Below are positions 29,168-45,320 of a stretch of 64,000 nucleotides of DNA, in pieces. The notes below the pieces were generated by a model that ran no database searches, was not told the origin of the DNA, and was given only the letters and a program-made list of their open reading frames with translations. Origin of the DNA: Pirellulales bacterium (lineage in GTDB: Bacteria > Planctomycetota > Planctomycetia > Pirellulales > PALSA-1355); contig CAVTBU010000006.1 in assembly GCA_963733035.1 (NCBI GenBank), positions 128,001-192,000 on the forward strand, given 5' to 3'. Position 1 is the first letter of the stretch. Each line of letters begins with the position of its first letter. The position numbers were made by a program, and so were the translations under genes.

Positions 29168-31966
29168 TTGGCCACCAACGGAAACGAGCCCCCTGACGAT
29201 TTTGCCCCACCTACCGATGGTGTCGGGTTGGGCGGCCGGATGATTGAGCTATCGATCGAGGACGAGCTTAAGGACAGTTATCTCATCTATTCGATGAGTG
29301 TCATTGTCAGCCGCGCGCTGCCCGACGTGCGTGACGGACTAAAGCCTTCGCAGCGTCGCATTCTGGTCGCCATGAACGACCTGAATCTCTCGCCGGGTGC
29401 CAGCCGCGTGAAGTGCGCCAAGATCTGCGGCGATACCAGCGGAAACTATCACCCGCACGGCGAAGCAATTATCTATCCCACGCTGGTGCGCATGGCCCAG
29501 GATTGGAACATGCGGCACGTGTTGGTCGACAAGCAGGGGAACTTCGGTTCGATCGCCGGTCTGCCGGCCGCCGCCATGCGGTATACCGAAGCACGGATGT
29601 CGTCGATCGCGGCGCTGATGCTCGACGATCTGAAGCTCGATACCGTTGACTTCATTCCGACATACGACGAGCGACACAACGAACCGACGGTATTGCCGTC
29701 GAGATTTCCAAATTTAGTGGTCAACGGTGCCAACGGAATCGCGGTTGGGATGGCCACTTCGATTCCTCCGCACAATCTGGGCGAAGTCTGCGACGCGCTG
29801 GTGCGACTGATCGACGACCCGAATATTTCAATCGACGAGTTGATGGAAGTCTGCCCTGGCCCCGATTTTCCGACGGGCGGCATCATCTGCGGTCGCAGCG
29901 GCATTCGCCGCGGCTATCACACCGGTCGCAGCACGATGGTGGTACGTGCCCGCGCGAATCGAAGAATTCGGCAAAAACCGTTTTCGCATCGTGGTTTCGG
30001 AGATTCCGTTCCAGCAGGCGCGAGACCGCGTCGAGGAACGGATTGCCGCGCTGGTGAACGACGACCGCATTAAGGGTATTTCGGCCATTCGCAACGAAAG
30101 CGATCTGAAAGAGCCCGTGCGGTTGATTCTGGAGCTAAAGCGTGACGCCGATCCGGAAGTCGTGCTGAACCAACTCTACCAGTTCTCCCCGCTGCAGGAA
30201 TCATTCTCGATCATTTTCCTGGCCCTGGTCGACGGCAAGCCGCGGACGTTGTCGTTCAAGGCGCTGCTCGAAGAGTTCATCCGCCACCGGCTGACGGTGA
30301 TTCGCCGCCGCACGCAGTTCCTGCTAGCCCGCGCCGCGCCCGCAAGCACACGGTGGAAGGATTGCTGCTGGCGCATGCGAACATCGACGAGATCATTCGC
30401 GTGATTCGATCCAGCGCGAACCAGGCGGAGGCCAAGGCCCGCCTGATGGGCATCGAGGCGCCAGCATCCATGATGAAACGGGCGCTCGGCGATGAGGGTT
30501 TTGCCGTGTTTCAGTCGGAACGGGGCGTGCGCGACACCTATACGCTCACGCCCGTGCAGGCCGAAGCGATTTTGCGAATGACGCTGGGGCAACTCGTCAA
30601 CCTGGAACAGGAAAAACTGGGGGGCGAGTACCGGAAACTCCTCGAGGAAATCATTGAATACCTGCGGATCTTGTCGGACGACAAGATCATTTTGGGCATG
30701 ATTCGCGACGATTGCGTCGAATTGAAGCGGAAGCACGCCGACGAGCGTCGGACCGAGATCAGCGGCGAGGAGATCGGGTCGATCGACCTGGAAGACCTGA
30801 TCGCCGAAGAGACAATGGTCGTGACGATCAGCACCAACGGTTACATCAAGCGTACGCCGGTCAGCGTTTATCGTGCTCAGCGGCGCGGCGGCAAGGGCAT
30901 GAAGGGGGCGAAGACGGAGGAGGAAGATCCGATCCGCCACCTGTTCGTGGCCAGCACGCACGACTACCTGATGTTCTTCACGAACCGAGGAAAAGTCTAC
31001 TGGCAGAAAGTCTACGACCTGCCGCAGTTGAGCCGCGACAGCCGCGGACGCGCGGTTGTCAACCTGTTGAATTTCGCCGAGGGCGAGCGTGTTGCCGATT
31101 GCCGCGCGGTTCGCGACTTCAACCAGCCCGATCACTACCTGCTGATGGCAACCCGGAGCGGGTTGGTAAAGAAGACGGAGCTGGCGAAGTTCAGTCGACC
31201 CATGAAAGGGGGCATCATCGCCATCAAGCTCCGCGAGGACGATGAGCTGGTCGACGTGGCGATCACGAAGAAGGGGGATGAAATCGTTCTGTCCACGGCC
31301 AAGGGAATGGCCATTCGCTTTAGCGAGGCCGACGCACGACCGATGGGCCGCAACACCAGCGGCGTGAAAGGCATCACCCTGGCTTCCGACGATCATCTGG
31401 TCGGCATGGTCGTCGCCGAACCCGATGCCACGCTGCTGACGGCTTGCCAAAACGGCTACGGAAAGCGGACGTTGTTCGGCGCGAATATTTCGACCACTGG
31501 CGAGGACGACGCGACCGAGGAAGAATTCGAGTCCGCAACCGCTGAGGCCGAGGGCGAGGAGGGCGAAGTTTCGTCTGGGAGTCGTTACCGCACGCAGCGC
31601 CGTGGCGGCAAAGGGCTGCGCGACATCAAGACCACGGACCGCAACGGCCCGGTGATCGGCGTGGTGAGCGTGCGGGATGACGACGAGATTCTGATGATGA
31701 CGGCGCGGGGCAAATTGCAGCGGGTCGTGGTCGGCGAGATCAGCGTCATTGGCCGCAATACGCAGGGCGTACGCATCATGAGCCTTGACGAAGGGGATAC
31801 ATTGGCGGCGGTTGTACCGGTCCCCCGCGAAGAATCAGAAAACGCCAGCGAGCTTGGTTCCGCCGGAGCCCCGGCCGTCGAGGGCGAACAGCCGACCGGG
31901 GATACTCCCGCGGCTAAGGATCCTCCCGCGGCTGAAAATGCCGAGGGTCAGCCCGACGCGGACTGA
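29168..31966 (+). CDS. gyrA: DNA gyrase subunit A, apparent frameshifts near 29955 and 30335
   Basis: [34 protein letters not shown] and GyrA box QRRGGKG; split over three ORFs. Confidence 0.95.
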
Positions 31967-32084
31967 AGTCCATCGCCGCCGGACTAGGAGTGTCGAACGA
32001 CCGAGTACTCGTGCCGCGGTGTTTCGCGTTGCCGTGGACTCCATGCTAGGCTTGGTTCGTAGTTAACACGTCTCAATCTGGGTC

Positions 32085-33404
32085 TTGGCTATCATGAAAA
32101 TTGCCGTCGTGGGCACGGGTTACGTCGGACTCGTAACGGGCACTTGTTTTGCCGAGAGCGGCAATCATGTGACGTGCGTCGATATCAATGCGGACAAGGT
32201 TGCCCGGCTGAACGCCGGTGAGATCCCCATTTATGAGCCCGGCCTGACGGAAATGGTCGAGCACAACACCGAGGCCAAACGGTTATTCTTTACGACCGAA
32301 TTGGCGACGGCGATCAAGTCGGCACAACTCGTCTTTCTGGCAGTCGGTACGCCCAGTTCAGACGACGGTTCGGCCGATCTTTCGGCGCTGTGGCGGGTGG
32401 TCGACGATATCGCGCCCCACTTGCCGACCGATGCGATCGTGGTCACCAAAAGTACAGTGCCCGTCGGCACCAACTGCGAGATCAACGAGCGGCTGAAACA
32501 ACGCACCGGCCGCGACTGCGACGTGGCCAGTAACCCGGAGTTTCTCAAGGAAGGCGCGGCGATTGACGACTTCATCAAGCCCGACCGGGTTGTCGTGGGT
32601 GTCCGCCGGCCCGAAGTGGCCGAGGTGTTGCGTGAACTTTACTCGCCGTTCCTGCGCACGGAAAAGCCCTTTTTGGTCATGTCGCCCGAGAGCGCCGAGA
32701 TGACGAAATACGTCGCAAACGCGCTGTTGGCCACGAAGATCAGCTTCATCAACGAAATGGCCAATCTTTGCGAGCGGACGCGTGCCGACATCAACGACGT
32801 GCGCCGCGGAATCGGCCACGATAGCCGAATTGGCTTTGCGTTCCTTTTTCCCGGCGCGGGATACGGCGGCAGTTGTTTCCCCAAGGACGTACGGGCGCTG
32901 GCCTCGACCGCTCGAACCGCGGGGGCTGAACCGGAGATCTTGGACGTCGTCGATCGGGTGAACACGCGACAGAAGTCGATCGTGCCGGACAAAATCGAGC
33001 GGCATTTCGGCGGCAAACTGGCGGGTCGAACCGTGGCGATTTGGGGTCTGGCGTTCAAACCACGGACGGATGACATCCGCGAAGCTCCAGCCCTGGTGCT
33101 CATCGATCGGTTGCTCGCCGGAGGAGCCAAGGTGCAGGTTCACGATCCAGAGGCAATGGAAAACGTTCGGCGGATCTACGGTGACAGGATTTCCTACGCC
33201 GAACAGCCGTACGGGGCGCTTGAGGGAGCCGACGCACTAGCGATCATGACCGAGTGGAAGGAATTCTTGCAGCCAGACTTCGCTCAAATGCGATCGCTGA
33301 TGAAAGCGGCAGTGATCTTTGATGGACGAAATCTCTATAGCCCGCGGCAAATGAAGGCGGCCAAATTCGTCTACTATTCGATTGGCCGGGCCACGGTCGA
33401 GTAG
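32085..33404 (+). CDS. ugd: UDP-glucose 6-dehydrogenase
   Basis: [25 protein letters not shown] and [11 protein letters not shown] motifs; ATG at 32094 is an alternative start. Confidence 0.95.
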   Translation: MAIMKIAVVGTGYVGLVTGTCFAESGNHVTCVDINADKVARLNAGEIPIYEPGLTEMVEHNTEAKRLFFTTELATAIKSAQLVFLAVGTPSSDDGSADLSALWRVVDDIAPHLPTDAIVVTKSTVPVGTNCEINERLKQRTGRDCDVASNPEFLKEGAAIDDFIKPDRVVVGVRRPEVAEVLRELYSPFLRTEKPFLVMSPESAEMTKYVANALLATKISFINEMANLCERTRADINDVRRGIGHDSRIGFAFLFPGAGYGGSCFPKDVRALASTARTAGAEPEILDVVDRVNTRQKSIVPDKIERHFGGKLAGRTVAIWGLAFKPRTDDIREAPALVLIDRLLAGGAKVQVHDPEAMENVRRIYGDRISYAEQPYGALEGADALAIMTEWKEFLQPDFAQMRSLMKAAVIFDGRNLYSPRQMKAAKFVYYSIGRATVE

Positions 33405-33409
33405 GCGCT

Positions 33410-33841
33410 TTACGAATCCGCTGCCACGCGGCGAAATTCGGCCTCGTCGAGAAGCACCGCCTCACGCGTCAGTTGAAACACCAGCGGTGTCTCGGGCCAG
33501 CCGAGGGCCGTGAGCAGTTGGTCGAACCGTTCGGCAGGGCAGGAACCATTCGCCTCGACGAACAACAAGCGGCCCCGAAGATCGTAGAGATTCCCGTCGA
33601 CTTGCCAGGCGGACTCGCCCGGGGCGGATGTCCAGACGAACGATCCATCGGGTTCGCAAAACATTTGTTCGAGCACCGACAGCCGATCGCAGGCTGCCTC
33701 GAACGTGCAGTTCATCGGCGTGGCCGCCAGCTTTGCCTGCGGGACTTCGAGCGACCGCATCCTGCGGCCGCCCACGTTGAACTCGCCGCCGATCTTGATG
33801 TCGGCGGGGCGGGCGTGGATGGTGAGGAAGAAGCGATACAT
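33410..33841 (-). CDS. Hypothetical protein
   Basis: 143-aa ORF with conserved-looking FCEPDGSFVW, QVDGNLYD and LGWPE segments; co-oriented with cutA. Confidence 0.75.
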   Translation of the reverse strand: MYRFFLTIHARPADIKIGGEFNVGGRRMRSLEVPQAKLAATPMNCTFEAACDRLSVLEQMFCEPDGSFVWTSAPGESAWQVDGNLYDLRGRLLFVEANGSCPAERFDQLLTALGWPETPLVFQLTREAVLLDEAEFRRVAADS

Positions 33842-33859
33842 GCGGCGGTGGCTCGCGTC

Positions 33860-34189
33860 CTACTGGCGGTCTTTGGAGACTTCCGCCCGCAGCCATTGGG
33901 CATAGTCGGGTGACGCTTCGACAGCCTCAAAGGCCAGGACTTCGGGCACATCATAGCTGTGCAGTTCACGGATGGCGGCTTCAATGTTTCCGTAGTCGGA
34001 GCGGAGGCTCTTGGCGACGCACAGCCATTCCTGGCCGGATTCGATTTTACCCTGCCAGTGGTAAGTGCTCGTGATGGGTCCCAACACCTGCACGCACGCG
34101 GCCAGACGCCGGGCGACGAGCTGGCCGGCCAGCCGATCGGCCTCTTCGCGACTGGAGGTCGTGGTGACGACCTGGACGATTTCTGCCAT
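33860..34189 (-). CDS. cutA: Divalent-cation tolerance protein CutA
   Basis: RLAACVQ, STYHWQG and HSYDVPE motifs. Confidence 0.93.
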   Translation of the reverse strand: MAEIVQVVTTTSSREEADRLAGQLVARRLAACVQVLGPITSTYHWQGKIESGQEWLCVAKSLRSDYGNIEAAIRELHSYDVPEVLAFEAVEASPDYAQWLRAEVSKDRQ

Positions 34190-34250
34190 GGTCGATCGGT
34201 TACTGCACATGGTGGAAAGTCGAGATCGCGTGGCGGCGGCCTGGTGAGCG

Positions 34251-35441
34251 TTACTGGACTGCTGTGGCCGCGGCGGCCGAAGCGCTCTTACCCGTGTCGC
34301 CAGCCGGTCGCAGTTTTTCCAAGCTGCTTTTGACTTTGGCCAGTTCGTCGGCCAAGGCCTTGTCGTCGGGATGCGCGTCGACCATTTGTTGGCGCAGTTC
34401 GACCGCGCGCTCGTAGTTGGCGATTGCCTTGTCCGTTTGACCGTCGCGACGCTGCAAATTAGCAGCACCTACCAGAGCTTCGACCAATCGGGCTTGGAAG
34501 TCGGCATTCGATGGTTCGTCTCGTACCAGTGTCTCGAGGACGTCGCGAGCTTGAATCCAGGCGTTGAGCGCGAACGTAGCCCGGTCGGGTGCCATGGCTT
34601 GCAACGTCCCTGAAATTCGGAGCATGCCGGCCAAATCGTTGCGAAAGACTGTTGCCTGGGGATTTTTTGTGGCGAGGTCTTGAAGCGTGCCGATCGCTTG
34701 CGTAAAAGTGAACAACAAGCCGGCGATGTGCGCTTCCGTTTTGGCGTCTTTCACGAAAACCCAGTCCGTCGGCGCGGTCATCTTCAGGGCCGATTCATTC
34801 AAGCTCGGATAGCGGTCGATGTCGTAGCCGGCTTCCATCATTTTGCGCACCGCTTCCATACCGCTGCCTAAGCTGCTTACGCAAGCGCCGGCGCCAATCT
34901 TGGCCTGCAGGCCAGCCAGGTAATAAGATGCGGCTGCCGCCATGTCGAGCCTCTCGGGATCACCGTTGGTCGACTCCAGAATTTCTTGATAGCCCTTGAT
35001 CGCGGGGGCGAAGATCTCCTGACGTGCCTGGGCATTGGGCGCCCCTTTCAGCCGGCTACTATTGGCAGCCGCCAACACGGTGTCATCGAAAGCCTTGGTT
35101 GTGACCGCCAGACTCTCTTGAAGCTGGTCTCGACGCTTGATGGCCCGCGTCGCCACCATCGTCGAGCCAACGGCAATGGTAATGGCGCCGACGAACAGGA
35201 AGATGCCCAGCATGCGGTTGAGCGTTCCGCGCAGCCCGCCAATGGTTCGCTTGCTGTTCGCTTTGGTGGCCTTGGTTTGGGCTGAAGTCGCAACCTGGGC
35301 TTGGGGAACGACCGCCACGGGCGCGGCTTCGGTCATCGGCATTGCGGCCGCGGCCAGGAGGGCCCCACAGGCAGGACATGCTTCGAGGTCTTCGCCTTCG
35401 GTTTGAGGGTCGACAATGTGTTGGCAGGTCGCGCATTGCAT
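34251..35441 (-). CDS. Zinc-ribbon, TM and TPR-like helical repeat protein
   Basis: CATC...CPAC, one TM helix, C-terminal TPR-like repeats (AIANYERAVELRQQMV). Confidence 0.75.
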   Translation of the reverse strand: MQCATCQHIVDPQTEGEDLEACPACGALLAAAAMPMTEAAPVAVVPQAQVATSAQTKATKANSKRTIGGLRGTLNRMLGIFLFVGAITIAVGSTMVATRAIKRRDQLQESLAVTTKAFDDTVLAAANSSRLKGAPNAQARQEIFAPAIKGYQEILESTNGDPERLDMAAAASYYLAGLQAKIGAGACVSSLGSGMEAVRKMMEAGYDIDRYPSLNESALKMTAPTDWVFVKDAKTEAHIAGLLFTFTQAIGTLQDLATKNPQATVFRNDLAGMLRISGTLQAMAPDRATFALNAWIQARDVLETLVRDEPSNADFQARLVEALVGAANLQRRDGQTDKAIANYERAVELRQQMVDAHPDDKALADELAKVKSSLEKLRPAGDTGKSASAAAATAVQ

Positions 35442-35585
35442 GATGCTTGGCTCACACGCTGGGTTTGCCCGAGAGGAATGAAGAGCATCCATTTTCCTCG
35501 GGAGGTCAGCGGCAGTCAAATGGGTTGGGACTCAGGCAGGGCGTTGGCGTGAGAATTCGGATTGGCGGCCGTAAAACGGGCGCAT

Positions 35586-36272
35586 TCAGCCTCGACGAAT
35601 CTCGTAGATCGAGACGGTCAGTCTGGCTCCGGCGTCGACCGTTGGCACGCGGGCCACGCACTCGGCTTTGAGCCCCAATGGGGTGCAATGCGCGGCAAAG
35701 TCCTCGGCCGTTCGGCGACCGGGATCGGTGACGAGCGCCCGGCCCTCGGAGGACAGGCAGCTGGCGATAACGTTGGCCACCAGAGCTGCCTGTGGCTTTT
35801 CGTAGAGCACGTCGGCGGCGAGGATGGTGTCGAAAATGCCCAGATCGTCGGGCAGTTTGCGCCAATCGACCAGCCGGGTATCGACGCCACGGATGCCGTT
35901 CCGCTCGGCGTTGACCGCGGTGAATTCGAGGGCGTCTGCGTAATAGTCCGTTGCCAGCACCTCGAAGCCGGTCGCGGCGGCCACCAGCGACGGCAGACCG
36001 ATGCCGCAACCCAACTCCAACAGCGTCTTCCCTTGGTCGTCGATCGCGGCAAGACGTTCGGCAAGAACGCGGGCGCTAGGCCAGACGTCGGCCCAGTAGG
36101 GAATCCGTTCGTCGATGGCGAAATCTTCTTCGCTGATCAGGTCGTCGACGTTGCGCGGTCGCAAGAGTCGGTACTGGCGGCCGCCAACGGTCAGTTCGGT
36201 TTGGGCCAACTCGAAGCGGCGGCGCAATGACGCGGGCGCGCTAAATTCATTGCTGGAAGAACTAGCGGGCAT
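35586..36272 (-). CDS. Class I SAM-dependent methyltransferase (METTL21/nicotinamide N-methylase-like)
   Basis: PYWADVWPS, LELGCGIG and AADVLYE motifs. Confidence 0.88.
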   Translation of the reverse strand: MPASSSSNEFSAPASLRRRFELAQTELTVGGRQYRLLRPRNVDDLISEEDFAIDERIPYWADVWPSARVLAERLAAIDDQGKTLLELGCGIGLPSLVAAATGFEVLATDYYADALEFTAVNAERNGIRGVDTRLVDWRKLPDDLGIFDTILAADVLYEKPQAALVANVIASCLSSEGRALVTDPGRRTAEDFAAHCTPLGLKAECVARVPTVDAGARLTVSIYEIRRG

Positions 36273-36284
36273 CGTGCGAGCGGC

Positions 36285-36662
36285 CTATTGCTTGAGCCGG
36301 ACGGGCAACTCGTCGATTTTGGCCGCCAAAATGAAATCATTTTCGGAGAGTCCGCCAATGGCATGCGTATAAACTTCAATCCATACGTTGCGATAACCCT
36401 CCAGGTGCAAGTCGGGGTGGTGTCCCTCGTCCTCGGCCACGTCGGCCACGGCGTTAAAGAACTCCATGCCGGCCAGGAAATGTTTCACGACCCAGTCCTT
36501 GCGAATTCGCTCGCCACCGTGCGTCAAGTGCCAACCAGACAGCTTCTCTAGCTGTGCTTTGGCTTCATCGGCGGAATACTTTGGTACGCCGCCTTCGCAG
36601 GGAACGCACTTTTTCTTCGTCAGTTGTTCGGCGGTTTGGCTTTCCACGTCGGGCTCCTCCAC
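36285..36662 (-). CDS. Pterin-4-alpha-carbinolamine dehydratase
   Basis: CVPCEGG, EGHHPDL and THAIGGLSENDFILAAKID motifs. Confidence 0.93.
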   Translation of the reverse strand: MEEPDVESQTAEQLTKKKCVPCEGGVPKYSADEAKAQLEKLSGWHLTHGGERIRKDWVVKHFLAGMEFFNAVADVAEDEGHHPDLHLEGYRNVWIEVYTHAIGGLSENDFILAAKIDELPVRLKQ

Positions 36663-36818
36663 GAGCAGATCAGGATGACAAGACTTGTCGCCCCCTGTGC
36701 CGTATTATCTCGCTCGGATGCGCTGCGTCAAACCGGCGAATTTCACAAAACCGGCGCATGAAAAGCCCAGCGAAGCATCCCCCGGAGTTTTCCGAAGAAC
36801 GTTTGCTGTTGGGTTTGC

Positions 36819-37229
36819 TTAGACGGTGGTCAGATGCGGCCGGGGGGCGCGGCGAGTGCGCTCGACGAGTTCGACGAAGACCGGAGCATCGAACGGCTTG
36901 CGGAGATAATAGGTGCCGCCGGGTGTATCCGCACGGCGAATGACGTCGGGCGTTTGCATCGATGAGAGGAACATTACCGGCACGTCGTTCAGGTCGCAGC
37001 GCCGCCGCAGTTCATCGCAAAATGCCAATCCGCCGCGGCTGGCCAGGTTGGCGTCGGCAACAATCAGATCGGGCACGACCCGGCCGATGCATTCGGCCGC
37101 CTCGTCCATGTTTTGAGCCCGTTGGCAATCGTAGCCAATGCGGTGCATGATGCGGGCGATCTCGCTGAGCACCTCGGGATGGTTGTCGATGGCCAGGATA
37201 TTGATTTGCGCCGGACGATTCTCGTACAT
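36819..37229 (-). CDS. Single-domain response regulator (receiver)
   Basis: ILAIDN, PDLIVAD, PVMFLS and YLRKPF motifs. Confidence 0.85.
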   Translation of the reverse strand: MYENRPAQINILAIDNHPEVLSEIARIMHRIGYDCQRAQNMDEAAECIGRVVPDLIVADANLASRGGLAFCDELRRRCDLNDVPVMFLSSMQTPDVIRRADTPGGTYYLRKPFDAPVFVELVERTRRAPRPHLTTV

Positions 37230-37726
37230 GGCCTTGCCCCCTCACGGTTCCGCGGTTTTGCTCGCCTTCAAAACCCGCTCGTCCATGGCCGTCAAAGTTT
37301 GTGTTGCCGGCAGAGTGGGCTTCCTGGCATATATTCGACGCTGGCAGTCGATTTTCTTCACCGACACCGGAAAGCTTTTGCAGTCCGAGCCGCTTACCCG
37401 CGCGCCACCATCCGCCCAGCCGGTACAACCAGCTCGGCAGCAGCGCTTCGACCGAGTCGTTCGCAATGTGCGGAAGAATCGGTTTCTAGTGTTTACTACG
37501 CAGCGTGTGCGGCATCAGTGCGCGCTTGGTGTGGTTGAGAAGTGGCGGGCGAGTTACCGACTAACTGGTCGGTCGCCTGCGACACCATTGGCATCAATTG
37601 ACCCAATCGATGCGCGCGACGAAGTGGTGTAAGAGGGGCAGTCGTCCGCGAAGCAAACCACAGGTGTTGAACAAAACAGATCGGTGCCGATCCGCCTGGC
37701 GCGAACCGGCGTCCAGTGCCACCGGC

Positions 37727-39207
37727 CTACTTCCATGCGAAGTCGCCGGCGTTGACGCTGGGGAGGTTGCTGACGCCCATCAGGTGCTTGTCGACGGCTC
37801 GGGCGGCTTCGCGGCCTTCGTGGATGGCCCACACGACCAGCGACTGGCCGCGACGCATGTCTCCGGCGGCGAATACGCCGGCGACGCTCGACATGTAGTT
37901 GGCGTCACATTTCACGTTGCCGCGCGGGTCGAGCTCGAGGCCGAGCTGTTCGATCGCCCCTCGCTTTTCGGGACCGAGGAAACCCATGGCCAATAGGACG
38001 AGCTGGGCCGGCCAGACTTTCTCGCTGCCCGGCACTTCGCTGGGCGTGAGGCGGCCGTTGGCGTCCTTGTTCCACTCGACGCGAACGGTGCGGAGGCCTT
38101 GCAGGTTTCCGTCGTCATCGCCGATGAATTCCTTGGTCTCGATGCTGAACTCGCGATCGCAGCCCTCTTCGTGCGAAGTGCTAGTGCGGAAAATGACCGG
38201 CCAGTAAGGCCAGGGGCTGTTGGTCGGTCGCTCGGCAGCTCGCGGAAACTGGCCCACGTCGGGCGGGGCAGGGAACAGTTCGAATTGCGTCAGGCTGGCG
38301 CAGCCCTGGCGGTTCGAGGTGCCGGTGCAGTCGCTGCCGGTGTCGCCGCCGCCAATGACGATCACGTGCTTGCCGGTGGCCAGGATCTGGCCGTCGACCT
38401 TGTCGCCCTGGTTGACCTTGTTTTGCTGCGGCAGGAACTCCATGGCGAAGTGCACGCCCTTCAGGTCGCGACCAGGAATGGCCAGGTCGCGCGGCTGGGT
38501 CGATCCACCAGTGAGCAATAGCGCGTCGTAATTGTCGCGCAGTTCGTCGACCGAAACGTTTACTCCCACGTTGGCGCCCGTGCGGAACTCGACGCCTTCG
38601 GCCCGCATCTGGTCGATGCGACGCCAGACGCGCGATTTTTCGAGCTTGAAGTCGGGAATGCCGTACATCAACAGTCCGCCCGGACGGTCGGCCCGTTCGA
38701 ACACGGTGACCCAGTGGCCGGCGCGGTTGAGCTGTTGGGCCGCGGCCAGGCCCGAGGGCCCGCTGCCGACGATGGCGACTTTCTTGCCGGTGCGGGCCAG
38801 TGGCGGTTCGGGGGCGATCCAGCCCTCGTCCCAACTGCGATCGGCGATCGAGACTTCGATCAGTTTGATCGAAACCGGATCTTCGTTGATGCCCAGCACG
38901 CAGGCCGCTTCGCAGGGGGCCGGGCAGACGCGACCGGTGAACTCAGGAAAATTGTTCGTGGCGTGCAATCGTTCCGAAGCTTCGCGCCACTGTCCGCGAT
39001 AGACCAGGTCGTTCCAGTCCGGAATGATGTTTCCCAGCGGGCAGCCCGTGTGACAAAACGGGATGCCGCAGTCCATGCAGCGTGCCGCCTTGCGTCTGCA
39101 TTTCCTCGGGCGGAATAACGTTGAGGAATTCGTTGTAATGTTTGAGGCGTGCTTCCACGGGCTCTTTGGGCACGTAGTTGCGCGGATATTTCATGAAGCC
39201 GTTTATT

Positions 39208-39215
<8 letters not shown>
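37727..39215 (-). CDS. gltD: Glutamate synthase small subunit, apparent frameshift near 39088
   Basis: [10 protein letters not shown] start; [31 protein letters not shown] and [11 protein letters not shown] motifs. Confidence 0.95.
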
Positions 39216-43782
<4,567 letters not shown>

Positions 43783-43804
43783 GGCGGATTCCCTTACTCT
43801 TGCC

Positions 43805-44884
43805 TTACTTTGCCCTGACGCGTGCCATGCGTCGCGGCCGAGCGCTGGGGTCGTGTGATGGTTGGTTTTGCGGTTTGCTATCGGACACGGCTGCGGCGCC
43901 GTTGGTTCCATGGGGTGCATGACCGTTTGGCGCGTGCGTTGCGTTGCCGTTGGAATCAGCCACGGCCGCTCGGCACTCCTGGCACTCACTTGCCGTGCCC
44001 TGCTGCCCTTCGTTGCGCAATAGTTCGATGAAGCGGCGGGTCGTGCTACCTAGTTCTTTGCCGCGGCGATGGATGATGCCCAACGGACGCACGAGTTCAT
44101 CGCTGTCGAGCGGTACTTTAACCAGCGAGCCGGCTTCCACTTCGCGCAGCACGGTTGGCTCGGGCAGCAACGCCACGCCAGCATCGATTTCGACTGCGCG
44201 TTTGATGGTTTCGATGTTATCGAACTCCATCGCCACGCGAACCTCGACGTCGTGAAGCTGGAGGATACGATCGATCTCGCGGCGGATGGTCAAGTCGCTG
44301 TCGAAGCCGATCATCCGCTGGCCGCTAAGGTCCTTGAAGGCAATGGACTTGTAATTCCCGAGGGGATTCCCCGGAGCACAAACCAATACCATGGGCTCCT
44401 CGCGCCAGCCGATTGCTTCGATGGTGCGTGAAGCGCGAGGATAACTTACCAGCCCCAGATCGGCATGGTCCTTTTCGACCGCGTCGTAAACGCGATGCGG
44501 ATGTTGGTATTCCAGCCGGACGTTTGCCTTGGGGTATTGCGTCAAGAACTGTTGCAGGTAGCGGCTCATGTGGTGCAGGCCAACCGAATAGATCGATACG
44601 ACGCGCACCCGGCCGGCAACCTCTTCGTGCAGTGTGCGCACCTGGTCTTCGAGTGCGTCGTAGCGTTGCACGAGTTTGCGGCAGCCCTCGTAGAAAGTTT
44701 CGCCCTCGGGAGTGAGGACAAAGGGGCGCTTGGAGCGATCGATTAGCTTCACGCCCAGTCGGCGTTCCAGTTGATTGACGACCTGGCTGGCGCCGCTCTG
44801 GGAAATGCCGTTTTCGTCGGCAGCCCGGGAAAAGCTCCGCCAGCCCACGACGTCACAAAAGACCTTGAGGGATTTGAGGTGCAT
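43805..44884 (-). CDS. LysR family transcriptional regulator (CysL-like) directly upstream of gltB
   Basis: [35 protein letters not shown] motif. Confidence 0.92.
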   Translation of the reverse strand: MHLKSLKVFCDVVGWRSFSRAADENGISQSGASQVVNQLERRLGVKLIDRSKRPFVLTPEGETFYEGCRKLVQRYDALEDQVRTLHEEVAGRVRVVSIYSVGLHHMSRYLQQFLTQYPKANVRLEYQHPHRVYDAVEKDHADLGLVSYPRASRTIEAIGWREEPMVLVCAPGNPLGNYKSIAFKDLSGQRMIGFDSDLTIRREIDRILQLHDVEVRVAMEFDNIETIKRAVEIDAGVALLPEPTVLREVEAGSLVKVPLDSDELVRPLGIIHRRGKELGSTTRRFIELLRNEGQQGTASECQECRAAVADSNGNATHAPNGHAPHGTNGAAAVSDSKPQNQPSHDPSARPRRMARVRAK

Positions 44885-44948
44885 AGGGGGCGGTGCCTAA
44901 TCAGAAATAGAAATAGAATGGCTTCACAGGATTTGAGGCGAACATAAT

Positions 44949-44977
44949 AAGCTAGACGTCCTGGAAAGGGGCGTCAA
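44949..44977 (-). promoter_or_regulatory. Putative sigma70 promoter of lysR-gltBD
   Basis: TTGACG-17 nt-TAGCTT on the minus strand. Confidence 0.55.
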
Positions 44978-45257
44978 GCAGTTTTTTGGGAGCCAAGTAG
45001 CTCGCGCACGGGTTGTTAGAATGCTAAATGTCGTTTGATATACGACGCGCAACATTTTTCTCCTAAATATTTTGTATCGATTTCGAAGCGGCATTGCGCG
45101 AGTGCGAATCATCAGTATTCGTTCTGCGGAGCGCAAAACATCGACAGCTCAGCTACGCGTCCGAGGGGGGCCCACGGGCGAGCTGACAGCACTCGCCGCG
45201 ACGTCGGTCGGGTAGGGCAGGTAGGGGGGTAATCTCGACCGCCGGAGGCGCAAGAAG

Positions 45258-45289
45258 CGGGCTCAGTTTCCGGGGGGAACCTGAGCCCG
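45258..45289. terminator. GC-rich hairpin downstream of the PPIase gene
   Basis: CGGGCTCAG...CTGAGCCCG stem; weak U tract. Confidence 0.45.
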
Positions 45290-45320
45290 GCGGAGAACGC
45301 TGGAACGGGCGGAGCCGCTG

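Noticed and set aside
29168..31966. gyrA and other split genes as pseudogenes or programmed frameshifts
   Set aside because: The breaks are scattered, hit essential genes, show no other decay and have no clear slippery heptamers. Sequencing error is more parsimonious.
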